In this document: in pieces, positions 39,212 through 50,098 of the stretch
Position numbering within the stretch: the stretch's first letter is position 1
Layout of the letters: each line of letters begins with the position of its first letter
From: Candidatus Margulisiibacteriota bacterium
Lineage (GTDB): Bacteria; Margulisbacteria; WOR-1; O2-12-FULL-45-9
Reading direction: 5' to 3'
Assembly: GCA_034723395.1 (NCBI GenBank)
Contig: JAYEOW010000024.1
Coordinates: 1 to 64,000 of the forward strand
Length of the DNA stretch: 64,000 bases
The notes under the pieces: generated by a model
Told to the model about the DNA's origin: nothing
Database searches by the model: none
The model's input: the letters and a program-made list of their open reading frames with translations, nothing else
Position numbers and translations under genes: made by a program

Positions 39212-40392
39212 TTAAACAGCTCCTCGTACTTTAAAACGGCGTCTTTACGCGAAAAAACGGCTTCTGCCGCTTTACGTCCGTTTCTACCCATTTTCTCGCA
39301 CAACGGTCTATCATTATATAATTTTAGAATTGATTTTGCAAGGTTATCCGGCTCTCCGGCTCCGACGTATACTCCACAATTATACTGTTCAAGTTTCTTG
39401 GGAACATCACCACTTAGAGGGACACTGGCAACGATCGGCTTTTCGGCCGCCATAATGCTTAAAACCTTGCCCGGGATCGAGGCAACGGTAAGCTCTTTTC
39501 GTAAAGTAACCAGACAAGCATCGGAAGCGTTGAGGATCTGCGGATAAATATCCAATGGCTGGGTATTAATAAATTTAATATTCCCGATCCTCTCCTTATG
39601 AACCCGTTCCTCTAACAATTTTCTCTCAACTCCGTCCCCTACGAGAACAAACTGGATATCTTTGTTATCTTTTAATAGTTTTGCCGCGTCGATTACGCAG
39701 CCAAGGTCCTGCGCAAAGCCCATGGTCCCGGCAAAAGAGATAATAAATTTATCCAGCAGCTTATATTTCCTGCTGAAATCGTTATCCCTGTTTCCCGGCT
39801 TAACCATTTCGGGATCGACCCAATTATAAACAACTTCGGTCCGGTCAGCTTTTGCCCCTTTAGATACCACATACTCCTTATTCCCTTCGGTATGCACCGT
39901 GATCATATCTGATCTTCGATAGATAAAAGACTCCATCATCCGGGATATTTTGATCAACAGCTTATTCTTTAAAAGACCCAGGTCAATTACTCCCTGCGGC
40001 AGCGGATCTTGAATATTAACAATAGAGGGCGTCTTCCTTAAACGGCCGAGCCAGTAACCGGTGATCCCCAGGGGAAGCGGTGGAGAATAAACTAGAATAA
40101 CATCTACATTCTTTACCCTTAATGCTCCAAAAAAGAAAATTATCGCCATTAGAAAGTGCTCGAATCCACGGATAAAGGGAATATGCCGGGCTAACTTGGG
40201 CATTTTAACGCGGTAAACTTCGATTCCCGACATCTCTTTGGCCGGTTCGCTGGTAAGATTGTATTGCGGCATCCGGGTTACTACCGATACTTTATTTCCC
40301 CGTTGAACTAAAGATTCAGCTAATTCAAAAAACAAAGTTGAAGCCGACTTAGTTTCGGGAGGGAACGATTCGGTAATGATCAGAATATGCAT
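39190..40392 (-). CDS. GT4 glycosyltransferase, WbuB-like
   Basis: FPPE, YSPPL, FAGTMGFAQ, IPGK; adjacent to the fnlABC-type genes. Confidence 0.85.
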   Translation of the reverse strand: MHILIITESFPPETKSASTLFFELAESLVQRGNKVSVVTRMPQYNLTSEPAKEMSGIEVYRVKMPKLARHIPFIRGFEHFLMAIIFFFGALRVKNVDVILVYSPPLPLGITGYWLGRLRKTPSIVNIQDPLPQGVIDLGLLKNKLLIKISRMMESFIYRRSDMITVHTEGNKEYVVSKGAKADRTEVVYNWVDPEMVKPGNRDNDFSRKYKLLDKFIISFAGTMGFAQDLGCVIDAAKLLKDNKDIQFVLVGDGVERKLLEERVHKERIGNIKFINTQPLDIYPQILNASDACLVTLRKELTVASIPGKVLSIMAAEKPIVASVPLSGDVPKKLEQYNCGVYVGAGEPDNLAKSILKLYNDRPLCEKMGRNGRKAAEAVFSRKDAVLKYEELFKCFMKKR

Positions 40393-40395
40393 CGG

Positions 40396-41205
40396 TTAAA
40401 GCGCCTCTCTGCAAGGAACAAAATTAAAATCGTTTATTAACCGAGTAAATCTTTTTTCGGTTAACTTTAAGTTAGCATAATGTTTAATATTTTGCGGGAA
40501 AGGAAGCTTAACTTTTGGCTGTTTAGGATCAAATTCCCAACTGTGATAATTCAGCGTAGCCCCGATCCCTTTATTATTCAAACGTTTAACCGCCCATTTG
40601 GTTATTAAATATGGGAATAATCTGAAGTAAGAAGTCGTTGCTATCGGAACTTTGATGCCAAACAGATCGGTGGTAATAAGCGGAAATTCCTTTAATCCTT
40701 CCCTGATCTGAAAATGTTTTTGCGGAAATCCGGCAACTCCCCCCCTGGTGAATAGCCTCAAAGATACCGGATAGATGCTCGAATCATATTTTAATCCGCA
40801 ATCTTTTATAATATCCAGTGCCCAGAGTGTATCTTTGGTGATCGTATAGCCGGGGGCCCGGAAACCCAATACATCTTTCCCGGTAATATCTTTTAACACT
40901 TTTATCGAACGCAACAGGTCCTCCTTAAATTCTTCGGGTGAAAGAGAAGATACCGGCTTGTGAGAATAACTGTGGCTGGCAACTTCATGCCCCGCGTTAT
41001 CGATCATTTTTACGATCTCCGGATCCTCTTCGGCTAATTTCCCGACAATAAAGAAGGTCGCTTTTATCTGCTTAGGCTCTAATAATTCGAGGATTTTTTT
41101 AACTCCGATCTCTACCCTATTCCCTTCCTTAAGCAACTCGTCCTTATTTTTTACAAAAAAGGAATCACACCACGCTTCAACATCAAAAGACAAAATATTT
41201 TTCAT
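40396..41205 (-). CDS. polysaccharide deacetylase (DUF3473 type)
   Basis: SFDVE, ATFF, GHEVASHSYSH, GFRAP, YDSS, HSWEFDP. Confidence 0.88.
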   Translation of the reverse strand: MKNILSFDVEAWCDSFFVKNKDELLKEGNRVEIGVKKILELLEPKQIKATFFIVGKLAEEDPEIVKMIDNAGHEVASHSYSHKPVSSLSPEEFKEDLLRSIKVLKDITGKDVLGFRAPGYTITKDTLWALDIIKDCGLKYDSSIYPVSLRLFTRGGVAGFPQKHFQIREGLKEFPLITTDLFGIKVPIATTSYFRLFPYLITKWAVKRLNNKGIGATLNYHSWEFDPKQPKVKLPFPQNIKHYANLKLTEKRFTRLINDFNFVPCREAL

Positions 41206-42164
41206 CTTACGTCAAAATTCGATAAATTAACGTTCCAGTTGTTTATATCGAAGACCCTTTCGTCTATTTTGGAATCGATCAATATCCTGCCGGACATCCT
41301 GACCGCCTTTGGCTCGAATCGTTTCGGTACTTTCACTAGATTGATCGGGCGTTTATTTAATTTCCCGAGATAAGCGATTGCATCGATATCTTTTTCGTTA
41401 TTAAATATATATTTGACCGCGCCCTCTAACAATCTTTTATCTAATGGATAAAAATCGATCACAAAAGCGGTCCTTGCTCCATTCTCTATATCTATTTTAT
41501 AAACAAAGAAGGCTCCATCAGCCGCTTTAACTTTTTTATAAGAATCATCATATCGGTAATTTATAAATTCTTCACTGTTTATTTTTTCAATATTGCGATC
41601 GGACATTGTCCCCATCTTGTATGAATCAATATCTTTAGCTAGTTTATTGGCCAATCCAGCGATAACAGCCGAACAAGGATTTAATAGCTTCAGCTTTCTT
41701 TTAATCGCGCCGATCATTAATGGGAGGATAAAATAATCTAATTCACCGATATCGATCCATCTCAGCATCTTTTTCCTGACCAAGTAGACATTTTCGTTGG
41801 GAAAACCAAAAACAAATGGAATGTTATCTTTAATCAGATTTTCGTAGACTGGATTCGCCATCTTTTTGATATTTGCAGGTTTTCCGCGGTAATCCTTATG
41901 GATCATCGTATCCACCGACAGGGCAAAAACATACTCTTTACCAAAATATTTATATTTAAAAGGGATGGAGGTGTAACTGCCTACGATCTTTCCGTCCGCA
42001 AGCATCAATCCATGATAGGAATATCCGAGGGTTGTATTTAAAAATTGCTGATCGAACTTATCGACCGTCTTCGCTTTGTTGAAAACATTCGCAAAGAGAT
42101 CGCAGATCTGCTGTTTTTCTTCCGCAGTCAATTCATTGGTTTTTTTATGAATAAATGTCAGCAA
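41202..42164 (-). CDS. GNAT family acyltransferase-like protein
   Basis: ALSVDTMIHKDYRG, VFGFPN. Confidence 0.7.
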   Translation of the reverse strand: MLTFIHKKTNELTAEEKQQICDLFANVFNKAKTVDKFDQQFLNTTLGYSYHGLMLADGKIVGSYTSIPFKYKYFGKEYVFALSVDTMIHKDYRGKPANIKKMANPVYENLIKDNIPFVFGFPNENVYLVRKKMLRWIDIGELDYFILPLMIGAIKRKLKLLNPCSAVIAGLANKLAKDIDSYKMGTMSDRNIEKINSEEFINYRYDDSYKKVKAADGAFFVYKIDIENGARTAFVIDFYPLDKRLLEGAVKYIFNNEKDIDAIAYLGKLNKRPINLVKVPKRFEPKAVRMSGRILIDSKIDERVFDINNWNVNLSNFDVR

Positions 42165-43139
42165 CTAATCGTCATCCTTTACCGGCCGCTCGCGGAAGGT
42201 GTACATGATCTTATGCAGGATATCGGCAAACATCGATTCATAAAAGAAATGGCTGATCGCCGGATGGAGCCAGGACGAAAGCGCCAGATAACTCCACATA
42301 TCCCTTTTGAGGAAAAATTTATCTGAAACAAATGGCTTATAGTCCTGATTTAGCTCTATCTCGCCCTCCTTGGGAACTAATCCGTTTTTATATGCTAAGC
42401 GATAGTGCTTGATCGTTTTTAAATCTACTTTCATTAATTTGGCGGCTATCAAATCCGCAGCCTCAAAGCTTGTCGAAGCAATTAACCAGCCTAGATCGAT
42501 CGCATCCCCGGCCATCGGTCCGCTGCGGGTCAATCCATAAGTTCCATCAACGATCGAAATCTTATTCTTTAATTCCTGATTGATCGCGTAAATAGCCTCA
42601 TTAAATACGGAATGATAGCGCAGCCGCATAACGTTTGGCACACAACCCCACTGGTTCTTGTAAGAGAGACTTATTTTAGTCATCGCGTGTACTTTCGGGA
42701 CCGGAAGGGTTATAAAAGAGTCGGTCTCATATCTTAAGATATTCGGCATCTCGATATTAAAATCCTTGCCGAACTTGCGTATTTTTATATATTCATACGG
42801 GAGTTTGGATAAATTGACAACCCTGATCCCATATTTTTTCTCAAGCTCAGGAAGACCGAAATCGTGAAAGACATCTTTAACCTCGTGGGAATTGTAGCCG
42901 CCGTCTGATTCACCGACCACGATCTGGCAGTTGTGATCTTTTAAAACTTTTATTAACGCTTCCAATAATTGCGGGGTTGTGGTTACGCCAGCTTTAAACC
43001 TGGGATAAGTAAGGTTCGGCTTTATAAATACACTGCTTCCCGCTTTTAAAAATGATTCCACATTTAGCCATTTAAAAGCATTGGCGATCTTTTCCTGATA
43101 TTTGTTCTCTATGCGGTCGATAAATACTTTTTGTTTCAC
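42165..43139 (-). CDS. DUF362 domain protein
   Basis: VFIKPNL, GVTT.P, VGESDG, PVPKVH, SLSYKN.WG. Confidence 0.8.
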   Translation of the reverse strand: MKQKVFIDRIENKYQEKIANAFKWLNVESFLKAGSSVFIKPNLTYPRFKAGVTTTPQLLEALIKVLKDHNCQIVVGESDGGYNSHEVKDVFHDFGLPELEKKYGIRVVNLSKLPYEYIKIRKFGKDFNIEMPNILRYETDSFITLPVPKVHAMTKISLSYKNQWGCVPNVMRLRYHSVFNEAIYAINQELKNKISIVDGTYGLTRSGPMAGDAIDLGWLIASTSFEAADLIAAKLMKVDLKTIKHYRLAYKNGLVPKEGEIELNQDYKPFVSDKFFLKRDMWSYLALSSWLHPAISHFFYESMFADILHKIMYTFRERPVKDDD

Positions 43140-44269
43140 TTTTTTGCCACCTTTCTGTAAACCTGCTCATACCGTTCGATGATCTTTTCCCAGGCAAAGA
43201 GCTCTTTGACCATCTCTTCTCCGTTACAGCCGTATTTTTTTCTTAATTCCTCATTGGTTAGCAGTTTTTCCATCGCTTTTGAAAGTTCCTCATGGTCGAA
43301 CGGGATAACCTCCCCCGCTCTCCCCTTAATGTAGCTGGCGACTCCCTGATTCTTAGTTACGATCACCGGGGTACCGCAGGCACAGGCTTCAAGCACCGAT
43401 ATGGCAAAGATCTCATACCAGGAAGGAAGCACGTATATATCCGAATCCCTTAAAGCAGAAAATTTGTCCTCGTCATACAAGGGACCGGTAAATATTACAT
43501 GTTCTTTAATGTTTAGCGCGTTGATCTGCTCCTTGATCTGGTCAAGATATTCCTCATCCGGCCCCACTATAACCAGTTTTACGTTAGAAACGTGCTTTAA
43601 AAGATCGTGAAATGCACGGATCAATAGATCGATCCCTTTTATCGGGTGGATCCTGCCCAAGAAAAGGATGATCTTCTCGCCTTCGCTGATATTATTTTTT
43701 CTGCGGAATTGCCCTTTTTCGTGGAATTTTATCGAGTCGAGATCGACCGCGTTTGGGATAACGGTTACTTTATTTGGATCGATATTATGCTGTTTTACCT
43801 GATCGCTCTCCATATTACTGACCGCGATGATCTGCGACGCGTTCTTGATGATCTTTTTACCAAACATCGCTTCAAACAGATATTTCCTCCCATACCCCTT
43901 CATCATGATCGGCAGCGATCCATGGGGAGAAAGGATGTAAGGAACGTTATTCTTGACCGCGGCATTTGATGCGATTATATTCTGGTATGACCAATAATTG
44001 TTCATATGGACCACGTCGTAATTTAATATTTCACGTTCAAGCGCCCGTTTCATTGCCGGAGAATATCTTAGAAACCCTAACTTACTCGGGAACGCGATTA
44101 CTTTTGCCGGGGCAACCAGATCGGCATAATCCGCGTCGTAAGCGTCGTCGGTAGTAAAAATAGTCACTTCGTGGTCTTTTTTCAATAGCTGTTTGACCAG
44201 ATTGTATACGTAATTAACGGTCCCGCCCCGCTTCGGGCTGAAATATTGGATAACTTGTAATATTTTCAT
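43136..44269 (-). CDS. GT4 glycosyltransferase
   Basis: FLGRIHPIKG, PSWYEIF..SVLEA.ACG. Confidence 0.9.
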   Translation of the reverse strand: MKILQVIQYFSPKRGGTVNYVYNLVKQLLKKDHEVTIFTTDDAYDADYADLVAPAKVIAFPSKLGFLRYSPAMKRALEREILNYDVVHMNNYWSYQNIIASNAAVKNNVPYILSPHGSLPIMMKGYGRKYLFEAMFGKKIIKNASQIIAVSNMESDQVKQHNIDPNKVTVIPNAVDLDSIKFHEKGQFRRKNNISEGEKIILFLGRIHPIKGIDLLIRAFHDLLKHVSNVKLVIVGPDEEYLDQIKEQINALNIKEHVIFTGPLYDEDKFSALRDSDIYVLPSWYEIFAISVLEACACGTPVIVTKNQGVASYIKGRAGEVIPFDHEELSKAMEKLLTNEELRKKYGCNGEEMVKELFAWEKIIERYEQVYRKVAKK

Positions 44270-45492
44270 TAGGCCAGTACCTTATTAAATAGATATTCGT
44301 ATCGCTCTGCCGCCGATTGGACCGTAAGATTTCTTAATATATACTCTCTCCCGTTCTTTCCGTATTGTTCCCGAAGCTGCGGATCGCTATAAAGCCTTAA
44401 GATCGCGTTATGAAATGCCTCTTCGTCGCCCGCACCAACAACTATTCCGCATTTTGCCCGATTGATCAATTTTGGAGCGTCTCCGCCGATCGGAAAACTT
44501 GCCAAAACCGGCCGTCCGGCCGACATGATACTTTTAATCTTTGACGGTACGGTCGGGGTCGCCACCTTTGGATTTAATGTAACCATTCCAACGTCCGAAG
44601 CCGCTAATAGATTAACATATTTGTCCCGCGGCTGGATAGGAATAACTTTAACATTCTTTAATTCCATTTTCTTGATCTTTTGCATCGTTTCCTCATAACG
44701 CGGACCATTCCCCGCGATCAGAAATAATATATCATCGTTCTGCTCTAATTTCTTCGCGCTGTTGAGGATGATATCCATATCTTGAGAATCGGCGATACAG
44801 CCAGCGAAGGATAAGATGAAATTGTCGCCAATACCAAATTCTTCTCTAAAGGCATTATTTTTTCCCCCCGGAACTATATAATCGGCATCGATCCAGTTTT
44901 CTACCACAGATACGATCTCTGGTTTATTTGAAGTCCGATCAACGATCTTCTTATTACCTTCCGACATAACAGTTAAAAGATCAGATCGCCGATAAATATC
45001 CTTTTCCAGAAAACGGCTAAAGGAAATCAGCAGCTTATTTTTCATGCCCCCCAGGTCCACCAGGTTTTGCGGAAAAATATCCTGCACGTTCAAAATCATT
45101 TTATTGCGGTGGAAAAACCTGGTCAGTACGCCGGCATACCCCATCACCAGCGGCGGCGAAGAAGTCAGGATTACATCCGCCCTGCCCGCCTTTAACGAAG
45201 CAATGAAAAGAAAAACGATATGCAACAAATAATCCAGCTCCCTCATCAACGGTATTTTCCGGCTGAATTCCGGGATGTTTATCCTGGTGATTTTTATGCC
45301 GCCCTGATCTTCTTTCACCAACCACCCTCGACTGGTCTTCGGGGCGATCTCTTCCGGCAAATGGCGCGGGAACCTGGTCACGACCGAAATCGAATGCCCC
45401 CTGGCCTTTAATGCGTGGGCCAGCTCCGAACAGAGATTGGCCGCCCCTCCGATTTCCGGAGGATAAGCGTTAGTTAAGAGCAGGATTTTCAT
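44269..45492 (-). CDS. GT4 glycosyltransferase, WbuB-like paralog
   Basis: YPPEIGGA, SSPPL, VQDIFP, VPSKI. Confidence 0.85.
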   Translation of the reverse strand: MKILLLTNAYPPEIGGAANLCSELAHALKARGHSISVVTRFPRHLPEEIAPKTSRGWLVKEDQGGIKITRINIPEFSRKIPLMRELDYLLHIVFLFIASLKAGRADVILTSSPPLVMGYAGVLTRFFHRNKMILNVQDIFPQNLVDLGGMKNKLLISFSRFLEKDIYRRSDLLTVMSEGNKKIVDRTSNKPEIVSVVENWIDADYIVPGGKNNAFREEFGIGDNFILSFAGCIADSQDMDIILNSAKKLEQNDDILFLIAGNGPRYEETMQKIKKMELKNVKVIPIQPRDKYVNLLAASDVGMVTLNPKVATPTVPSKIKSIMSAGRPVLASFPIGGDAPKLINRAKCGIVVGAGDEEAFHNAILRLYSDPQLREQYGKNGREYILRNLTVQSAAERYEYLFNKVLA

Positions 45493-46933
45493 GCCGCTCT
45501 CCTTCCAAAGATTTATTATAAATAATTACCGTCACCCCCATGAAAGTCCAAAACACCGATGCCTCTTCGAAAGAAGCCCCCACCCCGGTGAAAAATCCGG
45601 AAAAAAGAAAGGTAAAGGTGGCGATAATAAAACCGTTGATCAATTGTTTAAAATACGGGTCCTTCGTTTTCCTTTCGGTAATAAACAGTAATTTTAAATA
45701 ACAGCACATCACCCAAAGAAAACACCCCAGCCCGATGATCCCGATATCGTTATACAGCTCCAGGTAATAGAAATCTATAAAACCACTTTTTAGGTCCTCT
45801 GAGGCCAAAGCCTCGGGGACCGCGCCGGTCGTCCCCAATCCCTGGCCGAATAAAAAATCTTTCATGTTATCTGTTTTAAATGCGTAAACGCTGAACGCCT
45901 TCTCAAACCGGCTCTGTTTTGAAATATCTTCTTCATCAAAGATCGATTGGAATCTAAGCATCAGCAACGGGGAACTTAATACCATTAATGCCGCAAGCAC
46001 AGCTACGATCACGATCAGCCAAGCCCTTTTCAATAAATACTTATATTTGATAATGCCCCAAATAGCCGTTCCGGCCACAATCGCTATCCAGGCTCCCCTG
46101 GAAAGAGTGAACAGCAGAGCCACCATAAATGCCATCAATATGACCGAACAAATGATCAGCTGTTTTTTGTCCTTTTCCATAAATATCGAAGCAATTAACA
46201 CAGAAGCTAAGAAAGCAAGATAAAAACCTAAAACATTTGCGCTCTGGAAAAATGAGGCTGCCCTGCTTACACTAATATCGTATCCATATAGCCCACCGGA
46301 AGCAAGGGTAGCGGAATGCAGAAGATTTGGAAAAAAGAGCCACTGTATGATAGCCCCTATGGCCAAAATAAAACCCACAGCAAGCACTATGTTCACTAAT
46401 ATTTTTATATCCTCTTTGCTTTTTATTAATGATCCGGTTAAAAAGAACATAAAGGTAAAAATGATCGTTTTACGGAAACCGATTAAACCGGCAATCAAAC
46501 TACTTGAATTTGTCAGGAACAAAATCACATTTAGCGCAATAAATATCAAGACTGGTTTATACATTCTTGAAAGCTTAAAATTATACTGTTTTTTTGTGAT
46601 GATCACCGCCATAGTTGACCCGAGCAGAGAAAAAAGCAATAGATCCTTGTAGATCCCGATGACCGAAGCCAATAATCCGGGCAGGAACAACGACAACACC
46701 AGTTTTAAGAAAAAGCTAAAGGGGATCAATAGGATCAAAAGAAAAAACGTTTTCTTCTTATTAAGAAAGACCAGCAAACAGGCGATAAAAATAATGACTA
46801 ACACAAGAATCATATAATTTTGTTTCACGATCCCTAATCCAATCTGGTAAAGAACTAACGCAAGCCCCGCATACAAGATGATGTCAATCCGTTGCTTAAT
46901 AATATTTAGAATATAATTAATCCTATTTTTCAT
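45470..46933 (-). CDS. O-antigen ligase / Wzy polymerase family membrane protein
   Basis: Many TM segments, RA.S.F..AN, TLSRGAW, FGQGLG, GIIG. Confidence 0.8.
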   Translation of the reverse strand: MKNRINYILNIIKQRIDIILYAGLALVLYQIGLGIVKQNYMILVLVIIFIACLLVFLNKKKTFFLLILLIPFSFFLKLVLSLFLPGLLASVIGIYKDLLLFSLLGSTMAVIITKKQYNFKLSRMYKPVLIFIALNVILFLTNSSSLIAGLIGFRKTIIFTFMFFLTGSLIKSKEDIKILVNIVLAVGFILAIGAIIQWLFFPNLLHSATLASGGLYGYDISVSRAASFFQSANVLGFYLAFLASVLIASIFMEKDKKQLIICSVILMAFMVALLFTLSRGAWIAIVAGTAIWGIIKYKYLLKRAWLIVIVAVLAALMVLSSPLLMLRFQSIFDEEDISKQSRFEKAFSVYAFKTDNMKDFLFGQGLGTTGAVPEALASEDLKSGFIDFYYLELYNDIGIIGLGCFLWVMCCYLKLLFITERKTKDPYFKQLINGFIIATFTFLFSGFFTGVGASFEEASVFWTFMGVTVIIYNKSLEGERHENPALN

Positions 46934-48098
46934 TCAAGGCAACCAAGCTATGTATTTTATCGATCCTCTTTTGCCAGGAATTATTCCTTGCAATTATCTT
47001 ACGTTTACTTATTAATTCATCACTATCGTTGTTTAAACTCTTTTCGATCATCTCGATAAAAAGCTCTCTATTTTCCGTTGTCCTAACAACACTTTCATCA
47101 TATTCCATTGCGCCCCGCAAAATAACGTTTGAAACGATCGGTCTCCCGGCCGCTAGATATTCATAAAATTTAAGCGGCACCCAAAACATCCGGCTGAACG
47201 CACTCTTTTTATAAGGAAGCAAACAAACATCTAATGCTTTTATATAATTCGGCAGCTCTTCCGGAGCTTTGTTTCCTAAAAAATGAACATTAGGACGCTC
47301 TTTTAATTTTTCGATCCATTGCCGATGGATCTGATCGGCCTCCGCAACCGGCCCGATCAGAACGATCTCCCAATCGCCCCTTCGTTCAGCCACATAATCG
47401 ATAAGCTCGTAATCCAATTTCCCACCCAAGACCCCTACAAATCCGATCCTTGGAGAAGAGATCTGTTCATATTCAGTTGGCACAATGGAGCCAGCGTTAT
47501 TAAAAAGATCGATGCGTACCCCATGCGGGATCAGATGGGTACTCTTGTTAAATACTTTTTTTTCTTCTACCAGAGTATGAGAAACTGCAAATACAAAATC
47601 AACTTTCTTTATAAGCTCCTGCTCAATTTTTATTATGCCTTCCCTTTTCTTCCCAGCCGGGGCAAACAGATAATGAGGATCATTGCAAAAATAAATACTC
47701 ACTTTTTCCTTAAATCTGCCGACTAATTCCCCTGCCGGAAAAGCAAAGACCCACAATATAGGATTTTTCAGCTTAAGCATAGCCACAGCAACTTTGACAA
47801 ACAGTAATAGAATTTTTTGATTAACCCAATTTATCCATGGTATCCAGTCCCCTCCCGGAAATATTGGCGGTGGAGCATATAAATACAAGTTATCTTGCTT
47901 ATGCCTTATTCCTTTAAAAACCTTTGACAATCTTTTCCATTCAGAAAATCCCTTTAACAAAAGAAACAAATTGACTGGGCGTTCAACAAATAAGACCTTA
48001 TTATCCTTAGCCAATACAGACATTAAATGATGCCGACAGCGCTTAGCCTCATCCCAATCAGACATTGTTATACAAATAATATCTTGATTTTTAAACAT
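46923..48098 (-). CDS. glycosyltransferase (TuaH-like GT-B)
   Basis: RHHLM..LA, IGFVG, DVCLLPY, PLKFYEYLAAGRPIVS. Confidence 0.85.
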   Translation of the reverse strand: MFKNQDIICITMSDWDEAKRCRHHLMSVLAKDNKVLFVERPVNLFLLLKGFSEWKRLSKVFKGIRHKQDNLYLYAPPPIFPGGDWIPWINWVNQKILLLFVKVAVAMLKLKNPILWVFAFPAGELVGRFKEKVSIYFCNDPHYLFAPAGKKREGIIKIEQELIKKVDFVFAVSHTLVEEKKVFNKSTHLIPHGVRIDLFNNAGSIVPTEYEQISSPRIGFVGVLGGKLDYELIDYVAERRGDWEIVLIGPVAEADQIHRQWIEKLKERPNVHFLGNKAPEELPNYIKALDVCLLPYKKSAFSRMFWVPLKFYEYLAAGRPIVSNVILRGAMEYDESVVRTTENRELFIEMIEKSLNNDSDELISKRKIIARNNSWQKRIDKIHSLVALNEK

Positions 48099-48099
48099 A

Positions 48100-49254
48100 C
48101 TAATTAGCCCCTAATAACACGTACATCTCTTCAAGTTTATTAAAATTCTTATCCCAATCGGCTCTCTCTTGCGCTATTTGATAGTTTTTCTCGCCAAACT
48201 GCTTCTGTTTCGCATCGTTCTTTAATAGATCAATTATTCTATTCGCCAGCAGCTGCGAGTTTTTACGCGGCACTATGTATCCGTTTTGGTTATTAACTAC
48301 CCATTCCAGATATGAAGGGACATCTGACAGAACCATCGGCAAAGCAGAGGCCATCGCTTCTAAAAGTGCGAGCGAAGTCCCGTCACTCAGCGAGCTAGAA
48401 ATATAGATATCCGCGGCATTCAGATATTCCGGAAGCTCTTCATTTTTTATAAACCCTGCAAAGTGAACATGGTCCTTCAGCTTGTAACTATTAATGATCT
48501 TTTCGAAGTCGTCTTTTAACGGACCATCACCGCATAATATTACCCTTGTCTCCGGACACGATTCGACAACCTTTGGCAAGGCATGGAGAAAATATTCCAC
48601 TCCGTATACCGGCCGAAATGAACGGGTCATTAAGAGGATCTTATTTTTCGCCCACCCCAACCGTTCACGGATCCGGTTATTCTCCCTTTTTGAATAAAAC
48701 AGCTTCAGGTCAATCCCCCGCGGAAAAACAACGATCTTCTCTGCAGGAAAATTAACGTAATCGATTATTCTGTTTTTAACATTTTCGCAATCACAGGTTA
48801 TCATGTCAGCTTTTGATAAAGCGTATTTTGTTTTCAACATCATCCCCCTACTCTTTTTGGGGACGATCAGGATATCCGATCCCCAGGGCATTAAAAGCAG
48901 TGGACGGAATCCTGAAAGAGCGGCCATAAATCCATCAGCCTGTGTCCAGCCGGCATGGATCACATCCGGTTTTATCTTTTTCATATCTCTTCTTAACCTA
49001 AAAATACTCTTTAAGAACGCAAACCAACATCTTATCTTCCGCGTGAATATCGAATACTTTTCCGCCCCGGAAGCGAAAGCGAGCGGATTTTTGTAATGGA
49101 TCTTATTTATCCCCTTAAGCTCCTGAATATATGAAGGAAGCTTTTCCCCGTCATAATGGGTGATCAAAAATACTTCATGATCGGAATCGGAGAGTTTTTT
49201 TAAGAAACGATGGTCATGAATACTCAGATTCGATGATAAATAGATTATCCGCAT
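48100..49254 (-). CDS. GT4 glycosyltransferase
   Basis: WGSDI, SLSDGTSLALLEAMAS. Confidence 0.9.
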   Translation of the reverse strand: MRIIYLSSNLSIHDHRFLKKLSDSDHEVFLITHYDGEKLPSYIQELKGINKIHYKNPLAFASGAEKYSIFTRKIRCWFAFLKSIFRLRRDMKKIKPDVIHAGWTQADGFMAALSGFRPLLLMPWGSDILIVPKKSRGMMLKTKYALSKADMITCDCENVKNRIIDYVNFPAEKIVVFPRGIDLKLFYSKRENNRIRERLGWAKNKILLMTRSFRPVYGVEYFLHALPKVVESCPETRVILCGDGPLKDDFEKIINSYKLKDHVHFAGFIKNEELPEYLNAADIYISSSLSDGTSLALLEAMASALPMVLSDVPSYLEWVVNNQNGYIVPRKNSQLLANRIIDLLKNDAKQKQFGEKNYQIAQERADWDKNFNKLEEMYVLLGAN

Positions 49255-49255
49255 C

Positions 49256-50098
49256 CTATCCCCACTCTTTTAAATACTCCTTAAGCGCCGCTTTCCATCC
49301 CTGCATCGGATTGATCTCCATCAGGTCTAATTTATAATTCCTCATCGCCTCGGACGCTGCCCGCGGAGCAGGAAGAGGAAAACGATCGGAGGTAACCGGC
49401 TTTACCTTTGCTTTCGATCCTAATATCTTAACTATTTCTACTGCGATATCGTAACGGGTGCAGGAACCGCTGTTTACCAAATGATAAAGACCGTAATTCC
49501 CAGTTTTAACGATCTTCTTTATACCGCTGACCAGGTCCCGGGCAAAGGTCGGACTCCCATATTTGTCATCTACCGCTTCCAGCTTATCCCTTGTTTTAAG
49601 CAGTTCAACAATCTTACCCACAAACTTTTTATCCCGCTTTGGCCCTCCGCCGATCATCCATCCCGCTCTGAATATGCAATATTTATTTAAAAGGTCCTGG
49701 ACGATCTTCTCCCCTTCATATTTCGCTTTACTATATACATTCACTGGATCAGGGGTGTCGAATTCAGTATGGATCTGCTTTTCTTTACCGTTAAATACAC
49801 CGCCGGTGCTGATATAAACCATCTCCGCGTTAAACTTTTGGCACGCAAGCGCAACATTATAAGTGCCGATCGTGTTCGTCTTATAAGCGTGGTCCACCTC
49901 GCTTTCGCAGGCGTCGACATTGGTCTCCGCCGCGAGATGCAGGACCAGCGATGGTTTATTCTCCGCTACTGCCGCAAAAACCAGCTTCTTATCCCTGATA
50001 TCCATTTCGGGGACATCGGTTAAAACCAGTTTTTCGTCCGCAAATACATCCTGAACATACGAACCTACCATCCCTTTTGCTCCGGTAACTAAGATCAT
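49256..50098 (-). CDS. rfbD: dTDP-4-dehydrorhamnose reductase family
   Basis: TGAKGMVG, AAETNVD.CE, YSKAKYEGE, GSPT. Confidence 0.8.
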   Translation of the reverse strand: MILVTGAKGMVGSYVQDVFADEKLVLTDVPEMDIRDKKLVFAAVAENKPSLVLHLAAETNVDACESEVDHAYKTNTIGTYNVALACQKFNAEMVYISTGGVFNGKEKQIHTEFDTPDPVNVYSKAKYEGEKIVQDLLNKYCIFRAGWMIGGGPKRDKKFVGKIVELLKTRDKLEAVDDKYGSPTFARDLVSGIKKIVKTGNYGLYHLVNSGSCTRYDIAVEIVKILGSKAKVKPVTSDRFPLPAPRAASEAMRNYKLDLMEINPMQGWKAALKEYLKEWG

